In this document: one piece after another, positions 17,301-24,571 of the stretch
How positions within the stretch are numbered: the stretch's first letter is position 1
How the letters are laid out: each line of letters begins with the position of its first letter
IMG/VR virus record: IMGVR_UViG_3300030207_002502
Span: 1 to 24,571 of that record
Source of the DNA: a virus
Lineage: Duplodnaviria > Caudoviricetes
Length of the DNA stretch: 24,571 nucleotides
Reading direction: 5' to 3' (one strand)
Position numbers and translations under genes: made by a program
Notes under the pieces: model-generated
Told to the model about the DNA's origin: nothing
Databases searched by the model: none
The model's input: only the letters and a program-made list of their open reading frames with translations

Positions 17301-18529
17301 AGTAGCTCTTCTCTCGTATCCACACCAAACAGCAGCGCATCACTGTCTTCCAAAGTCTGTAAATTTGTTTTTCTTTCAGCCTCTGTCAGTGTTTCAGCCG
17401 TCTCTTTGATGACATTCATGGCCTCTAATTCATTGGTCTGAATGCGCGTGGCGTTGATAGAGCCGTAGTATTTTTCCATTTCAGGATCGTAGAGGCCACG
17501 CGTTGTTAGCCAGTCGATAGCCTTGGCCTGCCCGGCAAAACCTGGCTCTTGCATGTAGCCAGTAAACTCTTCAAGCTCCTCGGCAGTAAGCTCAACACCA
17601 CGCTTCGCTGCACGCTTTTGCACTAAAGGAGTAGCATCTGCGGGATCTAGCTTCGATCCTTTGTCGATGGACGACGCAGCTTCGTAGTCTGCCAGTGACA
17701 TCTCGTCTGGGTCTGCTTTATTAGATATACGACGACCGAATGCGCGCACGCCGATTGTAGCGCCTTCAAAAATTAAACCAATCCCAAGGCCCTCTGCTGC
17801 CATCTTAATGCGTTGCAGAGATTCGGGATCATCTTTGTTGGCAGCAAGTGTTTGACCAATCGAATCGAGGAACGGAATGTCCGACTCGGCCAGCATGTTA
17901 GAGAGGCGCGGGTCTTGAGGGTCGAAGGCGAACTGTTCACCGATAGCACCGGCTGCACCTGTTCGTACAAGCTCTCGGAATCGGCTAGTGCCAGAACCCA
18001 TGTTCAAAACATTGCCGCCTGGCGCCTTACCCATGACCTTTGCGACGGCAGAAGCTCCTTTACCGAGAGCAGTTGCGCCGCGAAGGCCCAAGCCGACAGT
18101 CCCAAAACCCGGAATGAGACCTACGCCGAACGAACTAAATCCCGCAGCAATTTGCCCAACAGTGCCTAACTCTTCAGGGTTGTAATCGCCCTCTTCTAGT
18201 CCGACGTACTCGCGGAATGTTTTCTCACCGAAAAAGCCCTCGTCTTCTTCGAGGCCAAGCACACCCTCTTCAAAAGCGTTACCAATATCTTCGATAGTAT
18301 CGAATGTCTGGGCCAGTCCATCGAATCCACCAAAAACGACGCCGCGTGCAAGATCTTCGTACCAAGGCGCTTCAGAAAAAGGCACAGTGTCTGCTGGGAC
18401 ATCAACCTCTGCGCCGCCTCTTTCAATTCGGACAGACTTTTGTTGCTGCTCTGAGACAGAAGGTGTCTTTTGATTTGGGTCACTAGCACTAGCTAAAGCT
18501 GCCCGCATTTCTTCAGGAGATATTAACAT
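14372..18529 (-). CDS. Large putative internal virion (ejection) protein
   Basis: 1385 aa, helical, with Gly/Ala-rich hydrophobic patches; PFVKTP.N and GWQPFSIKIGDKYYSY.RLDP motifs seen in large podophage core proteins; last of the structural block. Confidence 0.7.
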   Translation of the reverse strand: MLISPEEMRAALASASDPNQKTPSVSEQQQKSVRIERGGAEVDVPADTVPFSEAPWYEDLARGVVFGGFDGLAQTFDTIEDIGNAFEEGVLGLEEDEGFFGEKTFREYVGLEEGDYNPEELGTVGQIAAGFSSFGVGLIPGFGTVGLGLRGATALGKGASAVAKVMGKAPGGNVLNMGSGTSRFRELVRTGAAGAIGEQFAFDPQDPRLSNMLAESDIPFLDSIGQTLAANKDDPESLQRIKMAAEGLGIGLIFEGATIGVRAFGRRISNKADPDEMSLADYEAASSIDKGSKLDPADATPLVQKRAAKRGVELTAEELEEFTGYMQEPGFAGQAKAIDWLTTRGLYDPEMEKYYGSINATRIQTNELEAMNVIKETAETLTEAERKTNLQTLEDSDALLFGVDTREELLNALEKNAESPLVLHQKITGGVQLSADLSGLTAYAVASRKALVRSADYVVLAAQEAKLMREAGEEGYLQAKGAFLQALFAHRSLQETVTGIASESGRLQQSFNIPISSSNKADYLKELIQEGGQDVDKLIDKASQPDMDALAFEKMIRDGGSKEEATFGAKMKEYWYNSILSSFDTQLVNTGGNLGVAVARNLIEGTLSASMGTVRRALGARAEDVTTFGDVAQRIRGITAGRAMYDPTKGIMKDLESPEGLQLLNARIEQNIRKGKHGPKNYDDVVNGLKAQGIEEPYDELKRIAKQEIELEAASGATNFLKALRLAKEAFGENATARARFAESGMNEFVQTGGAGVIKGTFGQLIRVPTRMMSFGDTYFKAIAQTGALYEEANRMLRRIKREIEEGTISEIKGVDATMKFKYNKMTKEFFEVPIEGADGKINPKSYSYGALVERLVENPTQEMLDRANKSMLEDVFQQETALTQGTLKLRQMLDSIPGVPFGTVLIPFVKTPLNIMHYAFDRLPVVALISKQNRQALKEGGVGLDQVVARQTAGALYMSGAFMLAQEGLITGAGPTDPKIRANLLRSGWQPFSIKIGDKYYSYTRLDPFAMFAGFAADIQRASIQIHDSNLSDAEKKDLLRLAGGLSEAAVSSFTLMLSDKTYLKNIGEIGEAIFNPQKGDTLQERIGGAILADVPANAAAGFVPAIVGRAAEQVAALTTDPKKEFQEIDAMSKEDREKYLASVAKGERDAPGADAAATFYDPVLRETYVESGVITKIIAAATAKTPKLREALGVRLFPSVDQFGEDRLRNQGWPLPIASVSRLGNPKENQAIFEELYKNNVPYKFTSKKIKMVESDQEIELPREWYYYRTKLEGAEYIRKLKETISGSIYQKFKEKGDTRGQQTLLKSAKKAAEAYALAKIYQPGYIENIYKSIGLTLEQDRFNAMYKRRDEYNKQYESTIEGIDTGDIERLRRELEDEESPQ

Positions 18530-18531
18530 TT

Positions 18532-19671
18532 TTATTTAAGTCCCATCCTTTGTCTTAAATCTTCTGCCACTGTGGTTCTTTTAATAGCTCCATCAGCAAT
18601 TTTTCTATACAGATCTTGTACCTCTAATAAAAAGTCTCTATACACTTTTTGTGTCGGTGTTAATGTTTTTTCTAAGTCATTTGCTAATTTCATGCTTTTA
18701 GCATCGCCTAGTCGCGTTGCCTCTAGTATTCTTGAAATTTTAGCATTAAGATTATAAAGCTCTGAAGCCTCTACAGCAAATAACTTTGCTTTATCATCTT
18801 CTTTTATATTTTCTGCATTATTTAGCCGTTGTTTAAGTAAATCGCCTGTAATATTAGACAACGGATCTGAACTTCTTCCACTTATTCCTTGCAATACGCC
18901 CGCAGATATAGAATTAAAAGTACCGAGTTGCTTAAAATTAGCAGCTACTGTGGTTGGTTTTGCCGGTGCCGTTACAGGACCGATAGGCGTCCCTACTTTC
19001 GCGGACGGTTGTATGGCCTGCCCACCGCGCGCGTAATACAGATCGAGGTTCTGCACTTTGCCAATGCCACGCTGCGATACGACTTTTCTCTCGGCGATAT
19101 CGAGCAGTTTGTTAGGATCAGTGTCGCCACCGAAGATGCGATTAAGAAGTTCGCTCGTCGTCTCTTCTTCCTTCTCAGGCGTTGGGGCAATAGATACTTT
19201 AGGAAAAACGCCTTCCATCAAAGTGGCCATAGCGGTCGCTTCGGTAGATTTACGCACGTATGGATTGATACGTTTGCCTGCTTCGTCTCTCTGATTATAC
19301 CAAGTGCCGCCAATGTCCTCTATTTTTTTGTCGGCGTTTTGGGGTAGTCTCATTAATTGTTGATCGTTGGCCAAGGCGGTTTGATATGCGTTGAAGCTGC
19401 CCTCATTTGACGCGTATGCAATTTTGTCAGAGTCGAGTAGGCCCGGAGTCCGCGTCTCAATCGTGGTCAAGCGACCTCTGACTTCATTTTCTAGCTTCGA
19501 TTGCTTCGCTCTCCCTTTCGCAATACGCTCGCGCATGAGAGATGCCTGACTACGCACGAACTCGCGCTCTTCTTTGTCGCGCTGCTCGACGTTACGCATC
19601 ATAGTCGTGCCGAAGCCCTCGATCAGACCAGTGGCTGCCGCCATCAAACCTTCTCTAATTTCTCGGGCCAT
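18532..19671 (-). CDS. Putative internal virion protein
   Basis: 379-aa ORF; N-terminal GLIEGFG followed by a charged coiled coil; sits just upstream of the large core protein. Confidence 0.55.
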   Translation of the reverse strand: MAREIREGLMAAATGLIEGFGTTMMRNVEQRDKEEREFVRSQASLMRERIAKGRAKQSKLENEVRGRLTTIETRTPGLLDSDKIAYASNEGSFNAYQTALANDQQLMRLPQNADKKIEDIGGTWYNQRDEAGKRINPYVRKSTEATAMATLMEGVFPKVSIAPTPEKEEETTSELLNRIFGGDTDPNKLLDIAERKVVSQRGIGKVQNLDLYYARGGQAIQPSAKVGTPIGPVTAPAKPTTVAANFKQLGTFNSISAGVLQGISGRSSDPLSNITGDLLKQRLNNAENIKEDDKAKLFAVEASELYNLNAKISRILEATRLGDAKSMKLANDLEKTLTPTQKVYRDFLLEVQDLYRKIADGAIKRTTVAEDLRQRMGLK

Positions 19672-19677
19672 CTTCTC

Positions 19678-20193
19678 TTACTCCTCTGGCTCTTGTACTG
19701 GGGGCGCCATCATGCCTGTCGGGCGGACGGGCGTATCGTCATCTTGCTCGTCGTCATCATCTTCTGCAACAGTTTCGGTATCCGCATCCGGCGCCTTCAT
19801 CTCAGCCAAAATCTCTGAGGCTAAATTTTGTTTAGCTGCGATCTGCTCATCGTCGGCGCGTTTGATATCTACGTCACCCTCTTTGCCGACTAGAAGGATC
19901 AGGTCCAGCAGCGGCTCGCGCAAGATGATCGACACATCAGGTGTAATTTGGCCGACCATAAACGCGTTCAGTAGCATCGCATCGACAATAGTCTCGGGGA
20001 ACATGCCGCGCTCTAGGCAGTCGACGATGCCCGCGAGAATGTCCTCGTCGCCCATGACGCGATCCATCATAAATTTAAATGCATCGTCAGGGCTGGGAAA
20101 GTCCGGCGGATTCTCCCACGCGTGCGTGCCTAGCTCTGAGCCAGCCAGCGATTGTCCCGGTATGGGCACTTCAAAGTCATTTAGAACGGGCAT
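19678..20193 (-). CDS. Hypothetical virion-module protein
   Basis: FEVPIPGQSL...AWENPP N-terminus, acidic tail ending TGMMA; AGGA RBS; collinear with structural genes. Confidence 0.65.
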   Translation of the reverse strand: MPVLNDFEVPIPGQSLAGSELGTHAWENPPDFPSPDDAFKFMMDRVMGDEDILAGIVDCLERGMFPETIVDAMLLNAFMVGQITPDVSIILREPLLDLILLVGKEGDVDIKRADDEQIAAKQNLASEILAEMKAPDADTETVAEDDDDEQDDDTPVRPTGMMAPPVQEPEE

Positions 20194-20194
20194 T

Positions 20195-20401
20195 TTACGA
20201 TCCTAAGAGTTTGCGTATTTCTTGTTGATAGACCTTGAACGACACGGTTTCGGTAGGCGACTTAGGAGTACCGGCAGTCTGTGGTCTATTTTTACGTGCT
20301 TCTTTTGTCACTTTGCTAGGACTCATCAGCGGCACCGTGTATTTACCGCGTGCTGGCACAGCAGTGGGTCTAACTACTTTGTCTACTTTGTCTTCAGCCA
20401 T
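20195..20401 (-). CDS. Hypothetical basic protein (68 aa)
   Basis: GGAGGA RBS; fills the gap between neighbours. Confidence 0.65.
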   Translation of the reverse strand: MAEDKVDKVVRPTAVPARGKYTVPLMSPSKVTKEARKNRPQTAGTPKSPTETVSFKVYQQEIRKLLGS

Positions 20402-20410
20402 CGTATCCTC

Positions 20411-22192
20411 CTAGTCAAACGGATTAAGAAAACTAAAAATGGATTTGCCTGCGCTGATAAGCGTATCGCGACCGCCCTTGCTTTTGACCATGTTTGCCAA
20501 CACTGAGCCTAGCACATTGGACCCAGCACGAATGAGTTCAGTCGACATCGCGCTCATGCCTCCGCCTTGTGCCTGCGCCTGCATCGCTGCGACGGCCGTA
20601 TTGTACGCGCGGGTAGCCTCGTTTTCGGAAGCCGTAAAGATGTAGTCGGCGTTATCGCGATATACTTGCATGTAGTCATTCAACGCCGTGTTGCTGCGAT
20701 TGAGGATATTGACAGCGTTGAATTGGTTCTCGGCGTTGATAGCAGCCGTGTTTGCGGTGTTGACCGAGCGCCGCCACTGCGCGTTGGCTTGCTGAATAGC
20801 AATGCGGTTTTGTGCGTTGAATAGTTCGCGCTGCGTCTGATTTTGTAAACGAAGTTGCTCACTAGCGTTAGTCTGACCTGCGTTGAACTGGCTAATCGCA
20901 GTCGCTTGCTGTGCGTTTATGTTCTCGACGGTCTGCTGTAGATTTGCAAAAAACTGCTGTGTCTGATTTACGCTGGCTGCATTGATTTTGCGCGAGGTGT
21001 TGATTTCAGATTGATCCGTGAATAACGCTTGTACGCGATTTTGCGTATTAAGAACAGAGGTCTGCTGGCGATTGTCGAGGTTTTTGATGTCGACGGTCAG
21101 CAAGTTAGCAGCGTTCTGCACTTCGGCCTGTTGTCGATTATTCAGATTCTGCTGCTGAAATGTGGCAAATGTGGCAGCGTCTCGTTGCGCGATGGGGATA
21201 GCCGCCTCTTGCACAGCCTGTGCGATGGATCGGCCGGCGATGGTCGATGCGCCGAGACCGCGTGCAGCCATAATCTGTTCTGCTTTACGAACAGATGCGG
21301 ATGCCCAGGCCGGGATCTGATCGCCCTGAAAATCTTTCATCAGGATGCCTAGTTGCCCACGCACGGTGGAGCGAGCGTCGACCTCCTCTTGTTGTGCGCG
21401 GATAAGGCGGATATCGTCCTGTAGCTGGGCCGCCTGCATGTCTTGTTTGGCGACTTCGTTAAATGCAGTGACCGCGTTGTATTCTCGTGCAGCACGTTCT
21501 GCAATGTTGGTGGCGTTTGTTGCTTGCGCGAGAGCCGTGTTCACTATGACTTGATCAGTAACTTGTCCAGTAGCAGGGTCTACCATCGTACCTGGTGCGT
21601 CAGGATCAATGGTCTGCGCCCTGTATGTAGCACCCTCTGGTATAGTGCCAGCCGGATCATCTAAGATATCTTTCGTAGTCCCTAGTGCAGTGTCAAAACC
21701 AAACTGATCGACTAGCCCCCGGCGGCCTCGATCATCAGTCACAAAGTTGCTGGCCAGGTCGTCTCGCATGTCCCCTTGGAAGCCCTTCTCGCGGGCATCC
21801 GCACGAGTCGTAAGCTGGGCGGTGGTCACACCCGTGTTGACGTTATCTAGTCCAAGACGGCGATCCGTAATCTCGCCCCCCACGAGATCTTCTCGAATGT
21901 CGTAGTATTTTTGATTTGTAGTGGCATCTGTTTTAAGCACAGGGTTGCCGTCGGCATCCGTCTCAACAAAACGAGATAGGTTTTCTTGCGTAAATCCGGT
22001 CGGCAGGTTGGCGTCAGCGGCGGCCGCGTCTGTTTTTGCTTGCGTAGTGCGCCGCTCTTCCTCTGCTTTCAATGCGTCGTACTGGCTCTGCTCTTGCTGA
22101 GAAAGACCTCCCTCTCTCTGTAAAATATCTTCAAAGTCACGCTGCTGCGCTGTGACTTGAAAATCAGTTAGTTTAGTTAAATCACGAGCCAT
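20411..22192 (-). CDS. Putative internal virion/structural protein, Q/N/A-rich
   Basis: 593 aa; RGLGAST, PIAQRDA, repeated (Q/L)FNA motifs, Gly-rich amphipathic C-terminus; AGGA RBS. Confidence 0.6.
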   Translation of the reverse strand: MARDLTKLTDFQVTAQQRDFEDILQREGGLSQQEQSQYDALKAEEERRTTQAKTDAAAADANLPTGFTQENLSRFVETDADGNPVLKTDATTNQKYYDIREDLVGGEITDRRLGLDNVNTGVTTAQLTTRADAREKGFQGDMRDDLASNFVTDDRGRRGLVDQFGFDTALGTTKDILDDPAGTIPEGATYRAQTIDPDAPGTMVDPATGQVTDQVIVNTALAQATNATNIAERAAREYNAVTAFNEVAKQDMQAAQLQDDIRLIRAQQEEVDARSTVRGQLGILMKDFQGDQIPAWASASVRKAEQIMAARGLGASTIAGRSIAQAVQEAAIPIAQRDAATFATFQQQNLNNRQQAEVQNAANLLTVDIKNLDNRQQTSVLNTQNRVQALFTDQSEINTSRKINAASVNQTQQFFANLQQTVENINAQQATAISQFNAGQTNASEQLRLQNQTQRELFNAQNRIAIQQANAQWRRSVNTANTAAINAENQFNAVNILNRSNTALNDYMQVYRDNADYIFTASENEATRAYNTAVAAMQAQAQGGGMSAMSTELIRAGSNVLGSVLANMVKSKGGRDTLISAGKSIFSFLNPFD

Positions 22193-22215
22193 TGAAGAAT
22201 GTCCTAATTATTATA

Positions 22216-23406
22216 TTAGATGCCTAGCTGCGCCATCAGACCAGCTTGCTGCGCCTGAAGTTGTTGCAGTTGCGTCACCAAGTCACGCGGATCTTGCGCC
22301 TGCGGGCCGAGCGGCGAGACCGGCGCGGGCACGCCTTGAGCCGGCGGACGGAACCCTTGCTGTGCGGCCTGGGCAGTCTGTGCGGCAAGCTGTGGGCCAG
22401 CAGTCGGCGCAACGCCTGTGGCCATCTGCATCATGCCGCGTGGGGTGGCGGCGAGGCGCTGGGCAGCCTGTGCCTCGGCTACGCGGTTGGCCTGCTGACC
22501 GACGCCAGCCACCTGACGTTGGAGTTGCTCACGTCCTGTCTGGCCAGCCTGTGCAGCGAGGGTACGCTGACGCTGTGCTTCGCGCTGATACGCGTCTGAT
22601 GCCCGTTGTAAGGCGGTAAGGTCTGCACCGACATTGGTGATCTCGCCGGTCAAGCGGTCTACGCCGCCACCGATTTCCCGACCAAGCCGGTCTTGCCCGC
22701 CCAACAAGGTCTGCTGTCCTGCGAAAAGGGTGCGCGGATCGCCCTCTGCCGGCGTGCCGACCGCCTGTTCTAGGCCCGTTACGCCAGTCTGAACGGCACC
22801 GACCTGACCGCTGACGTCTGCGACTTGCGTACCAACGTCGCCCACTTCCGACATTAAGCCCCGCTGCCCAGCAAACAGATCGGTCTGCCCTTCGCCCGGT
22901 GTGCCGACGGCTGTTTCGAGACCTGTAACGCCTTCTTGTACTGTGCCGACTTGTGTTCCGAGACCCGTAACGCCCTCTTGTACCCTGCCGACATCCCCGG
23001 TTAAGTTAGTCACGTCAGTCTGTAGCGCCCCGACATCCCCCGTCAGACCAGTTACACCGGTTTGCAAATTTTGCTGGCCCGTCATCAGCCCGGCTTGACC
23101 GGTGGTGAGTGTGCCTACATCTCCAGTAATATCAGTCACGTCTGATTGGATGTCCCGCAATTGCGTAGGGCCAATATTGTCCGCCGGCATCGGCGTTACC
23201 GCAAAATCGCCTGCGTTGAATTGTGCAGCGAGGGTATCTACCTGACTTTGCAGCCCAGGGTTTGCAAGCATGTACGCTTTAAATCTATTAGCCTCTAAAG
23301 GCTCTGCCTTGAACTGGCCTGTATAACCAGTTTCTTCACGTAGTTTTTGATGAAACTGAGGAAGTCCCGCTGCAATTTCGTCCGAATCATAAAGTCTTTC
23401 AGCCAT
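22216..23406 (-). CDS. Hypothetical virion-module protein with heptad repeats
   Basis: 396 aa; central DVGxLQTGVTGL-type repeats; Q/A/P-rich C-terminus. Confidence 0.65.
   Translation of the reverse strand: MAERLYDSDEIAAGLPQFHQKLREETGYTGQFKAEPLEANRFKAYMLANPGLQSQVDTLAAQFNAGDFAVTPMPADNIGPTQLRDIQSDVTDITGDVGTLTTGQAGLMTGQQNLQTGVTGLTGDVGALQTDVTNLTGDVGRVQEGVTGLGTQVGTVQEGVTGLETAVGTPGEGQTDLFAGQRGLMSEVGDVGTQVADVSGQVGAVQTGVTGLEQAVGTPAEGDPRTLFAGQQTLLGGQDRLGREIGGGVDRLTGEITNVGADLTALQRASDAYQREAQRQRTLAAQAGQTGREQLQRQVAGVGQQANRVAEAQAAQRLAATPRGMMQMATGVAPTAGPQLAAQTAQAAQQGFRPPAQGVPAPVSPLGPQAQDPRDLVTQLQQLQAQQAGLMAQLGI
22918..22992. repeat. Imperfect 33-nt direct repeat with 42-nt period inside the 396-aa gene
   Basis: gagacctgtaacgccttcttgtactgtgccgac (22918-22950) vs gagacccgtaacgccctcttgtaccctgccgac (22960-22992); encodes VG(R/T)VQEGVTGL twice. 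Confidence 0.85.
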
Positions 23407-23408
23407 AA

Positions 23409-23642
23409 TTAATACCCTTTCCCTAATGCTTTATCTAATTTATCTTCGACTCTGTGCAGCGCGTCCATCACCTGACGCATGTCGTCGCGCAGTTCATCGC
23501 GGGTCGCGTATTCTTCGCGCGTCTTATTGAGCAAGATGTCGATGCGTTTAATTTCTGTAATGAGACTACGAAACGCCCAGAACGCCGGGGCGATCACGAG
23601 CGTAAGTACGATATTCCAAAAGATTACAGGTGAAATGTCCAT
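23409..23642 (-). CDS. Small membrane protein (one TM + coiled coil)
   Basis: VIFWNIVLTLVIAPAFWAF hydrophobic segment followed by an amphipathic helix ending RVEDKLDK. Confidence 0.7.
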   Translation of the reverse strand: MDISPVIFWNIVLTLVIAPAFWAFRSLITEIKRIDILLNKTREEYATRDELRDDMRQVMDALHRVEDKLDKALGKGY

Positions 23643-23650
23643 CTTGTTGC

Positions 23651-24571
23651 CTATGGATTTATGGTTAAACTGCCGCCTACCGGATCTGTGCGTACAGAAT
23701 ATGAAGTCGTGTAGACGGCCAGACCTTTTGTCACTCTAACGTCATCTATGTAACCTTGGAAGTATTGGTCGGACAACCCACGATATCCAATAGTGAGAGG
23801 AGAGGTCCCAACAAAAATTGTTTTTGAGGAAATAGCACCAGCCCCTGCTGTAGATGAAGATAGAGATGTGCCATTGAGAAATCCGTACAGATTGCTGCCT
23901 TCTCTCACAATAGCTACATTATGCCAAGCGTTTATTGTGACATCGCAATCAAAAGTATATTGACCAGAAGTGCCACTCTCGCCATCTGTAGTATAACTAA
24001 ATTGCAGTTTTTGTTGACCACTTGACTCTACAATACCAACATGAAAACTACGATTTGTACTGCCATCCATGCGAGATACGATAGGATGTCGGTCAGCCGC
24101 ATCAGAACCAGCAGTGGCAGTTTGATATACCCATGCTTCTATGGTGAAATCCCCTGATCCAAATTGAAACGAAGCATGATTTGGAATAGTAACGTATTGA
24201 TCTGTTCCATTTAGTAATAAGCTGCCAGCGCCGTGCTGTTTGATAGAGGATTGAATAGATGCACCCCCAGCACTTGAGGCTGTATGTCCGTAACTAGACA
24301 GATCTCTAAAATCTTCATCGAATGGCAAATACAAAGAAATCCTTGTGTCAAACGTGTTTGATGGCCAAGTGTCAGCAAACCGCGCATCGTAAACGTCGGT
24401 GTAGTTCCAAACGTGGGAGTGGGTTCTAATATCTTCCCCGGTCGCAAGTATAAGACCATCGTTGGTTGCTGTTAAAGGCTCATTCGGAACAGTAAACGCT
24501 GTGGTATATAAACAAGCATCTTTAATTATGCGGAGATCACGCACATAAGCCTTAAAATTGTTAGTTACATT
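23651..24571 (-). CDS. Tail fibre/receptor-binding protein with LamG (ConA-like) domains, 5' end outside window
   Basis: GSLLLNGTDQY, FGSGDFTIEAWVY, WHNVAIVR, FQGYIDDVRVTKG; frame stays open to the window edge (NVTNNFKAYVRDLRIIK). Confidence 0.8.
   Translation of the reverse strand, partial: NVTNNFKAYVRDLRIIKDACLYTTAFTVPNEPLTATNDGLILATGEDIRTHSHVWNYTDVYDARFADTWPSNTFDTRISLYLPFDEDFRDLSSYGHTASSAGGASIQSSIKQHGAGSLLLNGTDQYVTIPNHASFQFGSGDFTIEAWVYQTATAGSDAADRHPIVSRMDGSTNRSFHVGIVESSGQQKLQFSYTTDGESGTSGQYTFDCDVTINAWHNVAIVREGSNLYGFLNGTSLSSSTAGAGAISSKTIFVGTSPLTIGYRGLSDQYFQGYIDDVRVTKGLAVYTTSYSVRTDPVGGSLTINP

Noticed and set aside
19574-20206. 210-aa + strand ORF and the many other antisense or nested ORFs in the track
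   Set aside because: They are shadows of well-supported genes on the opposite strand or frame, with Ser/Arg-rich low-information translations and no motifs.
22620-23160. Collagen-like repeat or CRISPR-like array
   Set aside because: The period is 7/14 residues rather than Gly-X-Y, and the DNA repeats are degenerate, in-frame and lack unique spacers.

Overview
Central ~24.6 kb of a short-tailed (podovirus-type) dsDNA phage that most resembles the marine HMO-2011-type group infecting Alphaproteobacteria. The main basis is a family A DNA polymerase carrying a DnaJ-like CxxCxGxG zinc-finger insert, alongside split primase/helicase genes and a class II RNR. Two gene arms converge at 13321/13322. 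The + arm (1-13321) holds replication and nucleotide-metabolism genes: primase, DnaB-like helicase, PolA, putative SSB, Cas4-like exonuclease, T7 endonuclease I, a DUF6378-like protein and NrdJ. An accessory block follows, with three overlapping genes for a formyltransferase, a DegT-family aminotransferase and a putative GT-B glycosyltransferase, then an HNH-like nuclease. The - arm (13322-24571) holds a truncated LamG tail protein, putative internal virion proteins, holin, endolysin and a DUF1289-like protein. The best candidate for an undescribed system is the formamido-sugar synthesis and transfer cassette at 9679-12494, whose acceptor (DNA, virion or host surface) is unknown. All family assignments come from motifs recognised by eye, with no database searches. 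I saw no tRNA, rRNA or CRISPR array.
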